A stretch of DNA of 63,912 nucleotides, counting the filler, from Octopus bimaculoides (lineage: Eukaryota): NCBI RefSeq assembly GCF_001194135.2. It is 8 parts of 8 records of this genome, joined end to end, with 100 filler letters (N's around TTAATTAATTAA, not from the genome) between each part and the next. Parts side by side here need not be neighbours in the genome. Positions count along the whole stretch, not along the records: positions 9,280 to 21,171 come from NC_068981.1; positions 21,272 to 32,620 come from NC_068996.1; 6 more parts are not named here. One strand, given 5' to 3'. A program made the translations under genes and the position numbers. A model generated the notes under the pieces. The model worked only from the letters and a program-made list of their open reading frames with translations, was not told the origin of the DNA and did not search any database. Of the stretch, positions 11,887 to 23,590 are shown piece by piece. Within the stretch, counting starts at the first letter, position 1. Each line of letters opens with the position of its first letter.

Positions 11887-12047
11887 ATGTATCACTAGCG
11901 AACACCACAGTGGTAAATTTTCTGCCGAGTAATTTCTGGAGTTTCGATTCTGAACCGATGCTATTTCACTTCACTTGATTCAGAAAAAATTAAATGTTTC
12001 ATACTTCTTGGACTAAGATATCTATCTATCTATCTATCTATCTATCT

Positions 12048-12094
<47 letters not shown>

Positions 12095-12200
12095 CACACG
12101 TAAATTTAGATAGTGTAGCAACACACTCTTATCACAACAGTAATTTTTGAACTTGTTGCCAAAAATGCATTATACTACTACTGCTACTACTACAGCAGTA

Positions 12201-12234
<34 letters not shown>

Positions 12235-12339
12235 CTACTACTACTACTGCTGCTGCTGCCACTGCTACTACTACTACTACTATTACTACCACCACTACCA
12301 CCACTACTACTACTACTACTTCCTGCTTTGTTGGACCTC

Positions 12340-13235
12340 CTGGAGTCTTGCATGAATAGCATGCTATCTGTTTTCCTCACCTGTCTAATACTTTGATGAT
12401 TCTGATTGTACTTTCGCTACCTCATCATATTGCCATAACTTATAATTGGTTCCGGACATGTCGAGGGCACTCATTCAAAATAAGGTTTCGTCAACTCTAT
12501 TACAAATTCAGTATAATGGAGGCACTTGCTCATTTCTAAGGTTGACACTCCAATTTGTGGCTTGGTCTTGCGCTGCAAGTATAGTGCTCTCAGTCTTTTT
12601 TTAAGCGTTCCTTAAGTGACCCACCCATGTTCTATAGCAACTTCATTTATGGCTACACGGTATTGATTGTGTAGTCCCTTGTTGAGTGGTGCTTTTTCAT
12701 GTCCTTTGTGTACTTCTTGTATTGTTCTTTCTTTTTTCTGTTTTCCATATGCCCTCATTTCTAACTGCCACTTACAAGGTTTCCTCACTTTGGATTAGAT
12801 ATCTTAGCAAGTTCCTATGTTCAATATGCACACAGTCTTCCAAAGTTATCAGCTCTTTCTTCCATTTGCTCTCTTCATGTACAGACGATCAATCTTTGCA
12901 CATGAATGATGGGCTCTATCCATGGTTCGGAGCATTCTTGTCTTCCTGTCTAAATCCGTTAGCTCATCCTCTATCCACTTCAGGTTTCCAGCTCCATATC
13001 GAAACATTGTTTCTGGCATTCAACTTTGAACCCAATATCTTTCTCAATCGCCACAGATATTCTTCTTTTGTCTCTTCATTTATATCAGCAAGCTTAATTC
13101 CATCTGGCTCAAGTATTCATAGGTATCTCTATCTAGATTTAGGTTCAGTTGCCTTCATTGTTTCACCACTTAGCATGCTTATTACCTTCTGCTCTGATAA
13201 ATTTTCTTTGTCTGGTTACCATCATAGCCCATTTT
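12340..13235 (-). mobile_element. Old R4/Dong-type relic: RT C-terminus, thumb and knuckle region
   Basis: Broken frames: RYL*ILEPDGIK..EEYLWRLRKILGSKLNARN, FRYGAGNLKW..LDRKTR..KIDRLYMKRANG, GLHNQY, ESTILAAQDQA. Confidence 0.85.
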
Positions 13236-13656
13236 GGTGGAGGTGGTGGTACTACTACTACTACTACTACTACTAGTAGTAGTAGTAGTAGTAACCACCA
13301 AAACTATACGCTTGGTTTTGCTTGTATAGCATTTCTGAAAAGGATGTTTATTAATATCTTTTCATGCTCTTCTTTAGCTATTGAACCTCATTGCATTAAC
13401 TTATTTTTAACTTCCGAAATATATAGAAGACAATGCAAGTTAGATGCGTCAGTCATCTTAACATTTCACATTCAGTTGCTACGACTGAATTTTATATAAT
13501 TTGATGCTTCGTATCCAAGACCTTCCATTATCACTGACTGAAACTGATTTAAGAAAATGTACATTGACCCGATATCCTCATATCGTTGACATCTATTTAC
13601 TAAATATCCACGAACCTAATGCACCTTGCATTAAATGGGTATTTATACCTTCAAAG

Positions 13657-13830
13657 TATTGACGGATTTCTATATTCCGTTGAAGAAAACATCACGATGT
13701 AAATATCTTTAATATTTCCACTTGCAAGATCTTTCATCCTGAGGCTGAAGTAATCTTTACGGAAATGATACATTCGAATTCATCTGATATTACAAGAGGT
13801 GGTTCCTAAAGAGCATTAAAGGAATACTTA
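13657..13830 (-). repeat. Diverged dispersed duplicate, copy 2
   Basis: See 11683-11886. Confidence 0.8.
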
Positions 13831-13967
13831 CCATAGTGATAAATTATTATACGGAAATTTATTATCAGTTTTCACTTCATTTGACTCTGCTAATTTTAAT
13901 ATCTCATAGTCCGTCAAAACCAACTTATATCTCAATAATACACACACGCACGCACACACACATACAC

Positions 13968-13999
<32 letters not shown>

Positions 14000-14013
14000 T
14001 ATATATAAATGTA

Positions 14014-14048
<35 letters not shown>

Positions 14049-14050
14049 GT

Positions 14051-14096
<46 letters not shown>

Positions 14097-14097
14097 T

Positions 14098-14121
14098 TCT
14101 CTCTATATATAAAAGTGAGGT

Positions 14122-14153
<32 letters not shown>

Positions 14154-14290
14154 CCCGCATAACTTCTGAATTTTACAACTGATTTTCTCCAAACTGGGAA
14201 CATACATTATTTATGTTCCAGAAATGGTTTTAGACTCTCAAAAGGTTTCATATAATGAGCAACGGGCCCTCTGGGAGTAGAAAACAACCT
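14098..14290 (+). mobile_element. Possible Helitron 5' non-coding end
   Basis: tctctctatatataaaag start, then (GT)n and cgcataact..gattttctccaaact, directly upstream of helicase sequence. Confidence 0.4.
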
Positions 14291-14339
14291 TTCCTGGGTT
14301 ACGTGGAGAAGGGAGGTAACTATTTGCGAAGTAACTTTA

Positions 14340-15095
14340 AGACAACATCCATTTGACCAACATCCATTGGTCAAAAACTTATCACAATCTCAAATGGCTA
14401 TGTGAAAGAGCAATACTGACTCCAAAAAACAGCACTGTAAGTAAAATTGATGAGCAGCTGCTGCAGTACCTTCCTAGAAGTCCTCACATCTATAAGTCAG
14501 TTGATACAGTTCCAAATCCAGAAAAGGTGGTAAATAATCCAACAGAATTTCTAAATTCATTGGAGCCTCCAGGATTATCTCCCCATAAATTGGAACTTAA
14601 AGTTGGAACTCCAGTAATGTTATTGAAGAATTTGGATCCACCAATACACTGCAGTGATACACACCTGGTGGTAAAGAAGATGATGCCGCATGTTATCGAG
14701 CCCCATTCTCTCTGGATGTGGAAAAGGAGAGGATATTTTCATACCCAGAATTCCTCCCATTCTACTGGGAGCAGAAATTCCTTTTTCATTCAGGAGAGTG
14801 CAATTACCTATTCGTATCAGCTTCACAATGTCTATCAATAAATCCCATGGTTAAACATCGTCTGTGGTAGGACTTCACTTGGAAGAGTCATGCTTCTCAC
14901 ACGAGCAATTAATTGTTGGCTGCTCTAGAGTGAGAAACAAAAAAATGTTTATTTGAATTTGTTTTACAAGAGAAAACAAAGAATATTGTTTACCAAGGAA
15001 ATACTACATCCTACGATGCGCTCCAGTATCCACTGCTCTTTGTGAATGGTGAAGATGGATACCATTTCGGCATAATGCCAACAAACCCGAAGACT
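14340..15095 (+). mobile_element. Helitron RepHel relic: PIF1-like helicase C-terminal half plus an out-of-order N-terminal fragment
   Basis: WLCERAILTPKN, PTEFLNSLEPPGLSPHKLELKVGTPVMLLKNLDPP, IPRIP, RRVQLPIR.SFTMSINKSHG, FSHEQL.VGCSRV, KNIVY; then SYDALQYPLLFVNGEDGYH. Confidence 0.92.
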
Positions 15096-15452
15096 GCATC
15101 AACACAGCGGTTGTTCTCTACACTCCTACCCACTCCTACTTCTTCTCTTCACTCCTACCCACCTTCTACCTTCATTGATACCTCCTCCATCCACCCCACA
15201 CCCCACATATCCCACTCCCACATACCACACTCTACACCTCAACTCCACATCCTCACGCAAACCCACACCCCACCCTCACATACCACCCCACACAACCACA
15301 TTACACCACCCCACACCACTCCGCACACACTTACATACGCACACACACTTACACATTCCCACATACACGCACACCTTCGTTTTGGGATTATCAGTACTTT
15401 ATTATCTCCCCTTCTTCCTAGCTCTCTTATCCAACTACCTATTTCCAACCAG

Positions 15453-15630
15453 TCGCCATGATTGACCGCTAAATCCACAAGATTTTTTTTTATTCTCTCT
15501 CTCTGTTTATTTCCTCGTGTTCCTTTCTACTGAAGAGCGTAGGCTCGAAACATAAAAAAAACTTTCTCACCTTCCCGAACGTCAAACTAATACACCTGTG
15601 TTCGTCTTTTGTTTTTCTGTAAATTTCAGC
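15453..15630 (+). repeat. ~180-bp repeat family H, copy 1, with hammerhead-like motif
   Basis: cctttctactgaagagcgtaggctcgaaacataaaa. Homologous to 42580-42775, 53478-53660 and 54781-54975. Confidence 0.8.
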
Positions 15631-15632
15631 TA

Positions 15633-15667
<35 letters not shown>

Positions 15668-16867
15668 NNNNNNNNNNCTTTAGGAAGGGATTTCACAAAG
15701 TCTGTGTAGGCTTTAATAAATGTGCAAGCGCTTTCAGTTCTCAATGCTATCAAGCAAGTCTTATGGCTATTGTATATAGCGGAAGCTGTTTTAGGTAAAG
15801 TTGTTGATTATTTCCGGTTTAGTTTCGGATTCAGAAACCTTATAAAGTATTCTTATTTTACCTTTCGAAGTAGGTCGTTTTCTTTCATCCTGTGTCTTAT
15901 ATCGTGAGTGTTGCTGCATCGACCGTTCTTAAATTCATTTCCTGTTATTTATAACTAGACGAAAATTCTCTTCCTTTTTTAAAATTCTTTTTCTTTTGTT
16001 TTTGTTTGTTGGCACTCAACTTTGAATCGAATATTTTACTCAATCACCGCAGTTGCTCTTCCTTTGTCATTTCTTTCATATCACCAAGCTCTCTTTTGTT
16101 TTTTAACGTTGTTACTTAAGTGTTACCTTTCCTTGCGTGGTCGGAAGAATACAACAAAAATTTTTTTTTTATGCGACTGTACTAATCGGGCTGAGAAGCA
16201 CTAATTCCACCTCTAAGGTGGGGGAGGGTTATGTGTGTGTGTGTGTGTTGAAGAATTTCTTAATGTCTTTACATACGCACGAAAGTTGCAACTTCAATTT
16301 CACCATAACTTCTGATATAAAATCACTTTGACAGGTACCTCTGATTAAGAAAACTCATATAGAGAATTGCTATTGTTGTAGTGTTTAGCGTGTTTGTTAT
16401 TGATTATTTGTTTATCACTTTGGGTTTCTGAAGCTTCATGATGGTTACATTAATTATATTAAAAATAATGTAATTAATTAGTTAGAGTAATTACATTAAT
16501 TACAATTAATTAAGAAAGTTTCACTGCTACATTATTTATTTTGGAGAAAGTATACAATGTTTTACTTGCGTTATTTTGACAGTTGACAAAGCATCCGTAA
16601 GTCGATATCCTGTTTCTTCAGGAGTTAGTCCTAAATTTTACCATTTTGGTGCGAAGCAAAAACAAAACTGTAAAACAGATACGTTACAACACAACACAGA
16701 AGCATGTCGCTCTCGATATGCGGCAAGAATTCACAGAATATTTACTCCTTTTGTTAGAGATATGCGTATAATCAATTCCGACAGTATACTGTGTTACAGA
16801 TGTAACAAACATAGTAATAGCCTTCAGTGCCGTACTAAATATAATTGAACCAACCCCACCTGCTCAC

Positions 16868-17900
16868 CGATATTTCGCCTTTATTGTGGCTTATCGATAC
16901 TATGTAGTCGGATCACTTCGAAACGAAATGAATCGCTGTTCTGAGACTTCTGTGCAAATAGAGTGATGCGAAATATCGGTATCACCGTGACAAAACGCAA
17001 TGAGTAGCTTGTTCTCCAGTTCGAACATGCATCAAGCATATTCGGACTGATAATAACATTGCAGTTTTATTTATTACATCTCCCGTAATTTACTTACGGT
17101 GAGCCACCGTATAGCGCTGCTAGTGACTGGGAAAACATAAGAAAGGTAATCTCTTACTATATCTCGTAGCGTCGTCTGCCTAGTGTCTGTGACCGATGAG
17201 GAGATAGCTACTCCGAAATGATCTTACAGTCTAGGTAGGTGGCGGTGCGAGCTGATCTAGGTGTACACATGCCATTTGTCAGAAAGCGATATATATTCTC
17301 CGTGACAAAACGCAGTGGGTAGCTTGTTCTCCTGTTCGAACGTGCATCAAGTATATTCGGACTGAATATAACATTGCAATCGGTATCTAGCATTCTCGGT
17401 CATCTAAGGCGAGTCGTCTAACCCGGTCTGCGACATTTGGTGTTCTTTAACACTCGGCGTCGTGTGGGAAGCTTTCTCTGGACGCTGTCCCGCAGTAAAT
17501 GAACGTATAAATGAAACACATATACTATGTATATGCGACCGATAGTGTTTACATTACTAGAGCTGCCTTTAATTTGTAATTTAATTTTCTCTCACGCGTG
17601 CTACGCTGCAGTATATTAGCAAATAGACTTCACTCTATTTGCAAATAAGTTCTAGACCAGCAACTCATTTCGTTTCGAGGTGATCCGTGTACATAATATT
17701 AATAAGCCGCAATAAAGGCGAAATATCGGTATCTACCATTCTCGATCATCCGTGGCAAGTTGTCACTCCTGGTTTATGATATTCAGGTGTTCCTTAACAT
17801 TCGTGTCGGCGGGGAGCTTTCCTTGGACACTGTCCCGCAGCAAATGAACATATAAACGAAATGCATACACTACGTATGTGCGCCGATAGTGTTTATACTT
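16868..17900. repeat. Block of direct and inverted ~90-170-bp module duplications
   Basis: 16987-17085 ~ 17300-17380 (direct); 17380-17555 ~ 17725-17900 (direct); 16868-16967 ~ 17630-17731 (inverted). Confidence 0.8.
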
Positions 17901-17917
17901 ACATACCTAATACATAC

Positions 17918-17971
<54 letters not shown>

Positions 17972-18419
17972 NNNNNNNNNNNNNNNNNNNNNNNNNNNNN
18001 NNNNNNNNNNNNNNNNNNNNNNNNNNNNNNNNNNNNNNNNNNNNNNNNNNNNNNNNNNNNNNNNNNNNNNNNNNNNNNNNNNNNNNNNNNNNNNNNNNNN
18101 NNNNNNNNNNNNNNNNNNNNNNNNNNNNNNNNNNNNNNNNNNNNNNNNNNNNNNNNNNNNNNNNNNNNNNNNNNNNNNNNNNNNNNNNNNNNNNNNNNNN
18201 NNNNNNNNNNNNNNNNNNNNNNNNNNNNNNNNNNNNNNNNNNNNNNNNNNNNNNNNNNNNNNNNNNNNNNNNNNNNNNNNNNNNNNNNNNNNNNNNNNNN
18301 NNNNNNNNNNNNNNNNNNNNNNNNNNNNNNNNNNNNNNNNNNNNNNNNNNNNNNNNNNNNNNNNNNNNNNNNNNNNNNNNNNNNNNNNNNNNNNNNNNNN
18401 NNNNNNNNNNNNNNNNNNN

Positions 18420-18468
<49 letters not shown>

Positions 18469-19060
18469 TCTGAATCAAAGTAAGAGAAGAAAATGGGGAG
18501 TTAGTTGTTAATATTTATTTATTAATAAATTGATAATCATTTCTTCCTATAGCTGTTTCCATTTGTACTCATTAAATAAACATCCCTGAGGATATTTTGC
18601 TCAAACTTATAAATGTTAATCTATTGCATAAATTTGTAATTTATTCAATGAGTACACATGGAAATAGGTGATTTAGTGAAATTTTATTTCCCAAAGACAT
18701 AAGGTATAGAACCAGTGTTTTCTTGGATGTAATCATCTCTTTAAGATATATCCTCTAATTAACTTTTATATGTATATATATATATATATATAGCAGAAAT
18801 ATGTTAAAAAAACAAAATAGAAACTACACGTGGAAATGTAAGGGGAAAGTAAGCAGAAAAATAAGAGAAAATGCACATTGGAAATCAAAAAGAAGGTAAG
18901 GCTGTTTATGAAAAGTGACGATATATATATATACAATTAGATGAACTGAGGTAGGAATAAAGGTAAAAAAAGTCATTATTGTGAGTTGTTAAAGAGCTTT
19001 ACAAGCATACCGGTTTCGTAGTATTACTAGTCATTGCTTTGAGTATACACCGGTGTGTGT

Positions 19061-19180
19061 GTTTCTGTGTCTTTGTGTTTCTGTGTCTTTGTGTTTCTGT
19101 GTCTTTGTGTTTCTGTGTCTTTGTGTTTCTGTGTCTTTGTGTTTCTGTGTCTTTGTGTTTCTGTGTCTTTGTGTTTCTGT
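19061..19180. repeat. 16-bp minisatellite, ~7.5 perfect copies
   Basis: Unit gtttctgtgtctttgt. Confidence 0.95.
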
Positions 19181-19189
19181 TATGTTTGT

Positions 19190-19366
19190 TCGCCATCTCC
19201 GCTTAACAACCAGTAGTGGTTTGTTTGCGTTCTCATAACGGGTCGACAGAATAAGCACCAGGCTTTAAAAAATAAGTATTTGGGGCGATTTCTTTGACTA
19301 AACCCTTCAAGAAGATTCCCCAGCTTGGCCGCAGTCCAATGACTGAAACAAGTCAAAGATAAAAGT
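19190..19366 (+). mobile_element. SINE family C (tRNA head, CORE-like segment), 3' part
   Basis: gacagaataagcaccaggc..tggccgcagtccaatgactgaaacaagt tail matches 59340-59420. Confidence 0.7.
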
Positions 19367-20207
19367 CATAGCTGTAATAAAAACGAACACAACCGCCAAA
19401 CGATTTACAATTACATAAATGAAACTCAGTAAAGTCAATGAAATTATCATTTATTTTAGTTATAACTCTAATAACGATTATTCACACATTTGTTCTTAAC
19501 ATGGCTAGGTAGGTTCAGATGCAAAATATGTTAGTCACTGTGGTGCACATCATGGGAGAAGTTATTCCCCTATGATGACTGTGTTCAACACGATCGGCCC
19601 ACTGGCGCACGGCAAGACCCCACTGTACACGGTGCAGATAACTCTAATAACAAAAGATTTGAATGAACTTTTTGTCTCGTACACCACATCGACTATGGAA
19701 GTACACAAAGCGTTCAAAGATTCTAAGCGCTAACTCTACATGATACATATCCGCAAAAATCAAAATAAAATTGGGATTTGCGGAGGGTCAAAGTTGGTAA
19801 CAAAAACAGGACAGCGGAGACATACAAGGAAACCGAACGAAAACAAACATGGAGCGTCGTTAGACAAGACGTAGGTAAAGTAGCGAACGCTGGAGAAATA
19901 TTGTCTTTGACAAGAGAAAAGATAGAAGAGAGATAGGATACGTGCAGTCTCTACGATAGCCCTGAAGGAAAAGAAAGATGATCACGTGAAGAAAAGGAAG
20001 ATGGCCGATGGTCACGTGTGAGCAACGAGAGAGACTAAAGGAGAAAGAGGGAGAGAGAGAGAGATGGAGAACGGTGAAGAGGAGAAAAAAGGAATTAGAG
20101 AAAGGATGAGAGAGAACAGTAAAGGGTAGAGTCGCATCAAAAATATTAAAATAAACTTACTTGGAAATGGATGCGTGGCGTTCAGTCAAATAATAATATA
20201 AATAATG

Positions 20208-20258
<51 letters not shown>

Positions 20259-20419
20259 ATATGTATATAGAACGTCACAAACATACATACACACATACTT
20301 ATACACACATCACACTCGCACACATAAATCTAACATGGCTACTATTCAATGCAAATATATGTATACTCTTCATTACTTATCAATAGAATATAAGTTTAAT
20401 CTCACATTTACGCATATTG

Positions 20420-20548
<129 letters not shown>

Positions 20549-21293
20549 GCAGAAACACGTATACAAACACAGAGGCATGCACACAACTCTCTCTCACACA
20601 CACGCACATGTAATATGTATATTTCTTCCTCTGTAAAATCGGATTCACCTTCTGTTGATAAGTAATTGGGTTCGCATATTTGCACAGATACTTTGCAATG
20701 GATGTGTTGTATTGTTGAGATATCCTTGAAAATCATGTGATTATTATTACATGCAAAAAAAGTATTAATATACATGATGTGAGCAAACTTTTGAAATAAT
20801 GAATATGAGATTTTACAACGTTTTATTTTTAACATTCATTTCTGTTATCTTGTAGATCACATTGACAATATTAATAAAAGCGATGGTGATGATTATGATT
20901 ATCACAATACAGTTTGTGGTGATGATTGGAATGATGAACAGCAGCAGCAGTGATGAGAAAACATTAAGGTTAAAATAATAATAATGCAGTATTAGAAGAA
21001 ATAGACAAAGGTAGATGCTATCAAATAGTTACAGCGTTGGAGATATCGATTTTTCTAAATCCAAACACACACACACACACACACACACATGCACACAGAG
21101 ATGGATATCTGCAATAAGTGTGAATCTGAGAGGAAAATATGTTGAATAAAACCATAATTATCTGATCCTCCNNNNNNNNNNNNNNNNNNNNNNNNNNNNN
21201 NNNNNNNNNNNNNNNTTAATTAATTAANNNNNNNNNNNNNNNNNNNNNNNNNNNNNNNNNNNNNNNNNNNNATATATATACACACATATATAT

Positions 21294-21447
21294 ATGTATG
21301 GATCAAAAGTGTTTGATTCAAATTCGTTGGTACTCTTGAGCTTCAAGAATGATGATAGACGTCAGCCGAAAATGGATGACTACTAGTATCACCCTTGAAA
21401 ATCAAGAGTACCAACGAATTTGAATCAAACCGTTTCGATCCATACAT
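21294..21447. mobile_element. Small MITE with ~54-bp terminal inverted repeats
   Basis: atgtatggatcaaaagtgtttgattcaaattcgttggtactcttga..cttcaag pairs with cttgaaaatcaagagtaccaacgaatttgaatcaaaccgtttcgatccatacat. TA-rich flank on the left. Confidence 0.75.
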
Positions 21448-21746
21448 GTAACTCCCAGTAAATTGATTGATTGCTCTTCTTTCGTTTGTCCACGCACTCG
21501 TATATATATATGTGTGTGTGTGTGTGTATGTATGTGTGTATGTATATGTATGTATATATATGTATGCATGTATATATATAAATACATATATATGTATATA
21601 CATATATATATATATGTATATATGCATATATATATGTATGTGTGTGTATGTATATATACATACATGAATATATACATATGATATTTACGCACACACATAC
21701 GCACGTGCACATATATATATGAGTGTGTATATATATCTATCGGGAC

Positions 21747-21865
21747 GAGACCGATAGATTAAGTTCTAGGCTTACAAAGAATAAGTCTTGGGACCGATTT
21801 GTTCGACTAAAGGTGGTGCTCCAGCATGGTCACACTCAAATAACTGAAACAAGTAAAAGAATAAA
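21747..21865 (+). mobile_element. SINE family C, 3' part
   Basis: gagaccgatag..aggcttacaaagaataagtc..ggtgctccagcatgg..actgaaacaagtaaaaga. Confidence 0.8.
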
Positions 21866-22001
21866 ATAATTGTCCATGTTTAAAACACTTCCTAACGAAT
21901 ATCGGTTGAGGTAATATTATCTACGTTTTACATAAAAATTTGTAAGTCTTTTGTTCATGTGTCTATTGTTTTGTTTGTCTATAACAGGTTTGTAAACCAA
22001 C

Positions 22002-23032
22002 ATGGCGTCGAAAGCAAAACGCGACCAAACTGTCGCTTTGAAAGTAGCTGAAGTAAGCAACAAGGACATAACAAAACAGCTGAATGCGTGCCGTAAAAGT
22101 GTTCAATACATGGAAAACGTGTAGAGAATCCGCTACGACATCTAGCAAGCCAATCAACGAGCTGTTCAATTAGTGAAGAAGCGAATGAACTAAAATCACC
22201 GGAGGAGTTCGAGAAAAACTGAAAAAGTTCTTGATAATTCGAAATCGTCAATGCACAGGATTTTAAAAGAGGATTTACAGCTAACGGCATACAAGAAACA
22301 CTCCCAGCAGTTAATTTCAGCAGCTTCCAAAAAGAAACGGCTCGACAGGGATAAAACTATGTTAGCTGAGATGAAGCGCACCGCTAACAAAACGTTGATC
22401 TGGTCCGACGAGATCTTCACCGTGGAGATAGTTACCAACAGGCTGAATGGCAGGCTTCTCTCATAGTGTGGGCCGCAGTTGCATCTGATGGTTCCAAGTC
22501 TCCCTTGATCTTCATCAATGCTGGCGTCGAGGTGAACAGTAAAGTTTATGTGGAAATGTTGGATGAGAAAGTGTTACCCTTGGTCCAGAACTTTTGGTGA
22601 CCGTTACATCTTTACTCAAAATGCGGCTCCGGCCCACTCATCCAGTTTGACACAGCGCATTTCAGCGGTTTTTGTGACAAGACGATATGGCCTCCCTCAA
22701 GTCCTGACATTAACCCAATGGATTTTGCTATCTGGTTCACCTTAGGGAGTAATTTTTTGGTTCGCACCTATACAAATGTGTCAGATCTGAAGAAAGTCAT
22801 TTTGTCTTTATGGGTCAAGTTAGATGAAGAAGTGGTAAAGCGCTCATGCAACTCAGTGACCACTTATTTGCAGGCTATAACCAAGGCAAAGGAAGGGTAT
22901 TTTGAAATGCAATTACTGCAATGGATTGACAGTTTACATTAGTTTACATGGATGCCAAATTTCATATCATACCTTAAGTTTTTTATTTTGAATAATTTAG
23001 ATATATCAATGTGGGTAAATCTTTCTGGGACA

Positions 23033-23035
<3 letters not shown>
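22002..23035 (+). mobile_element. Tc1/mariner (DD37D/maT-like) transposon relic; transposase pseudogene ~22002-22910, right end ~23035
   Basis: MASKAKRD.., MHRILKEDLQLTAYKK, LIWSDE, VWAAVASDGSKSPLIF, QNAAPAH, WPPSSPDINPMDFAIW, KAKEGYFE. Ends gggacactg next to a TA tract. No left TIR found. Confidence 0.88.
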
Positions 23036-23097
<62 letters not shown>

Positions 23098-23467
23098 CAT
23101 ATACTCACACATACATATTTGTATATGTGTATGTGTGTGCGTATGTGCATACATGCACATTTATGTGCATTCATATATATGTATATATATAAATATATAC
23201 AGATATATTCGAACATACAACCATACATTCACATACGTAAAGCCCTCGCACCCCCTATGTATATGTATATGTATGTATATATATATATATATNNNNNNNN
23301 NNNNNNNNNNNNNNNNNNNNNNNNNNNNNNNNNNNNNNNNNNNNNNNNNNNNNNNNNNNNNNNNNNNNNNNNNNNNNNNNNNNNNNNNNNNNNNNNNNNN
23401 NNNNNNNNNNNNNNNNNNATGTCAAGCCAAAAATAAAGCTGAAATGCTTCCATTGGGTTTAAGGGAA

Positions 23468-23483
23468 AATAATAATAATAATA

Positions 23484-23575
<92 letters not shown>

Positions 23576-23590
23576 GTAGTAATAATAATA
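23468..23590. repeat. Long (AAT)n microsatellite
   Basis: Direct reading. Confidence 0.95.

Noticed and set aside
16600-16760. Possible piggyBac cysteine-rich C-terminus
   Set aside because: Required cysteines are not present in any frame I read.
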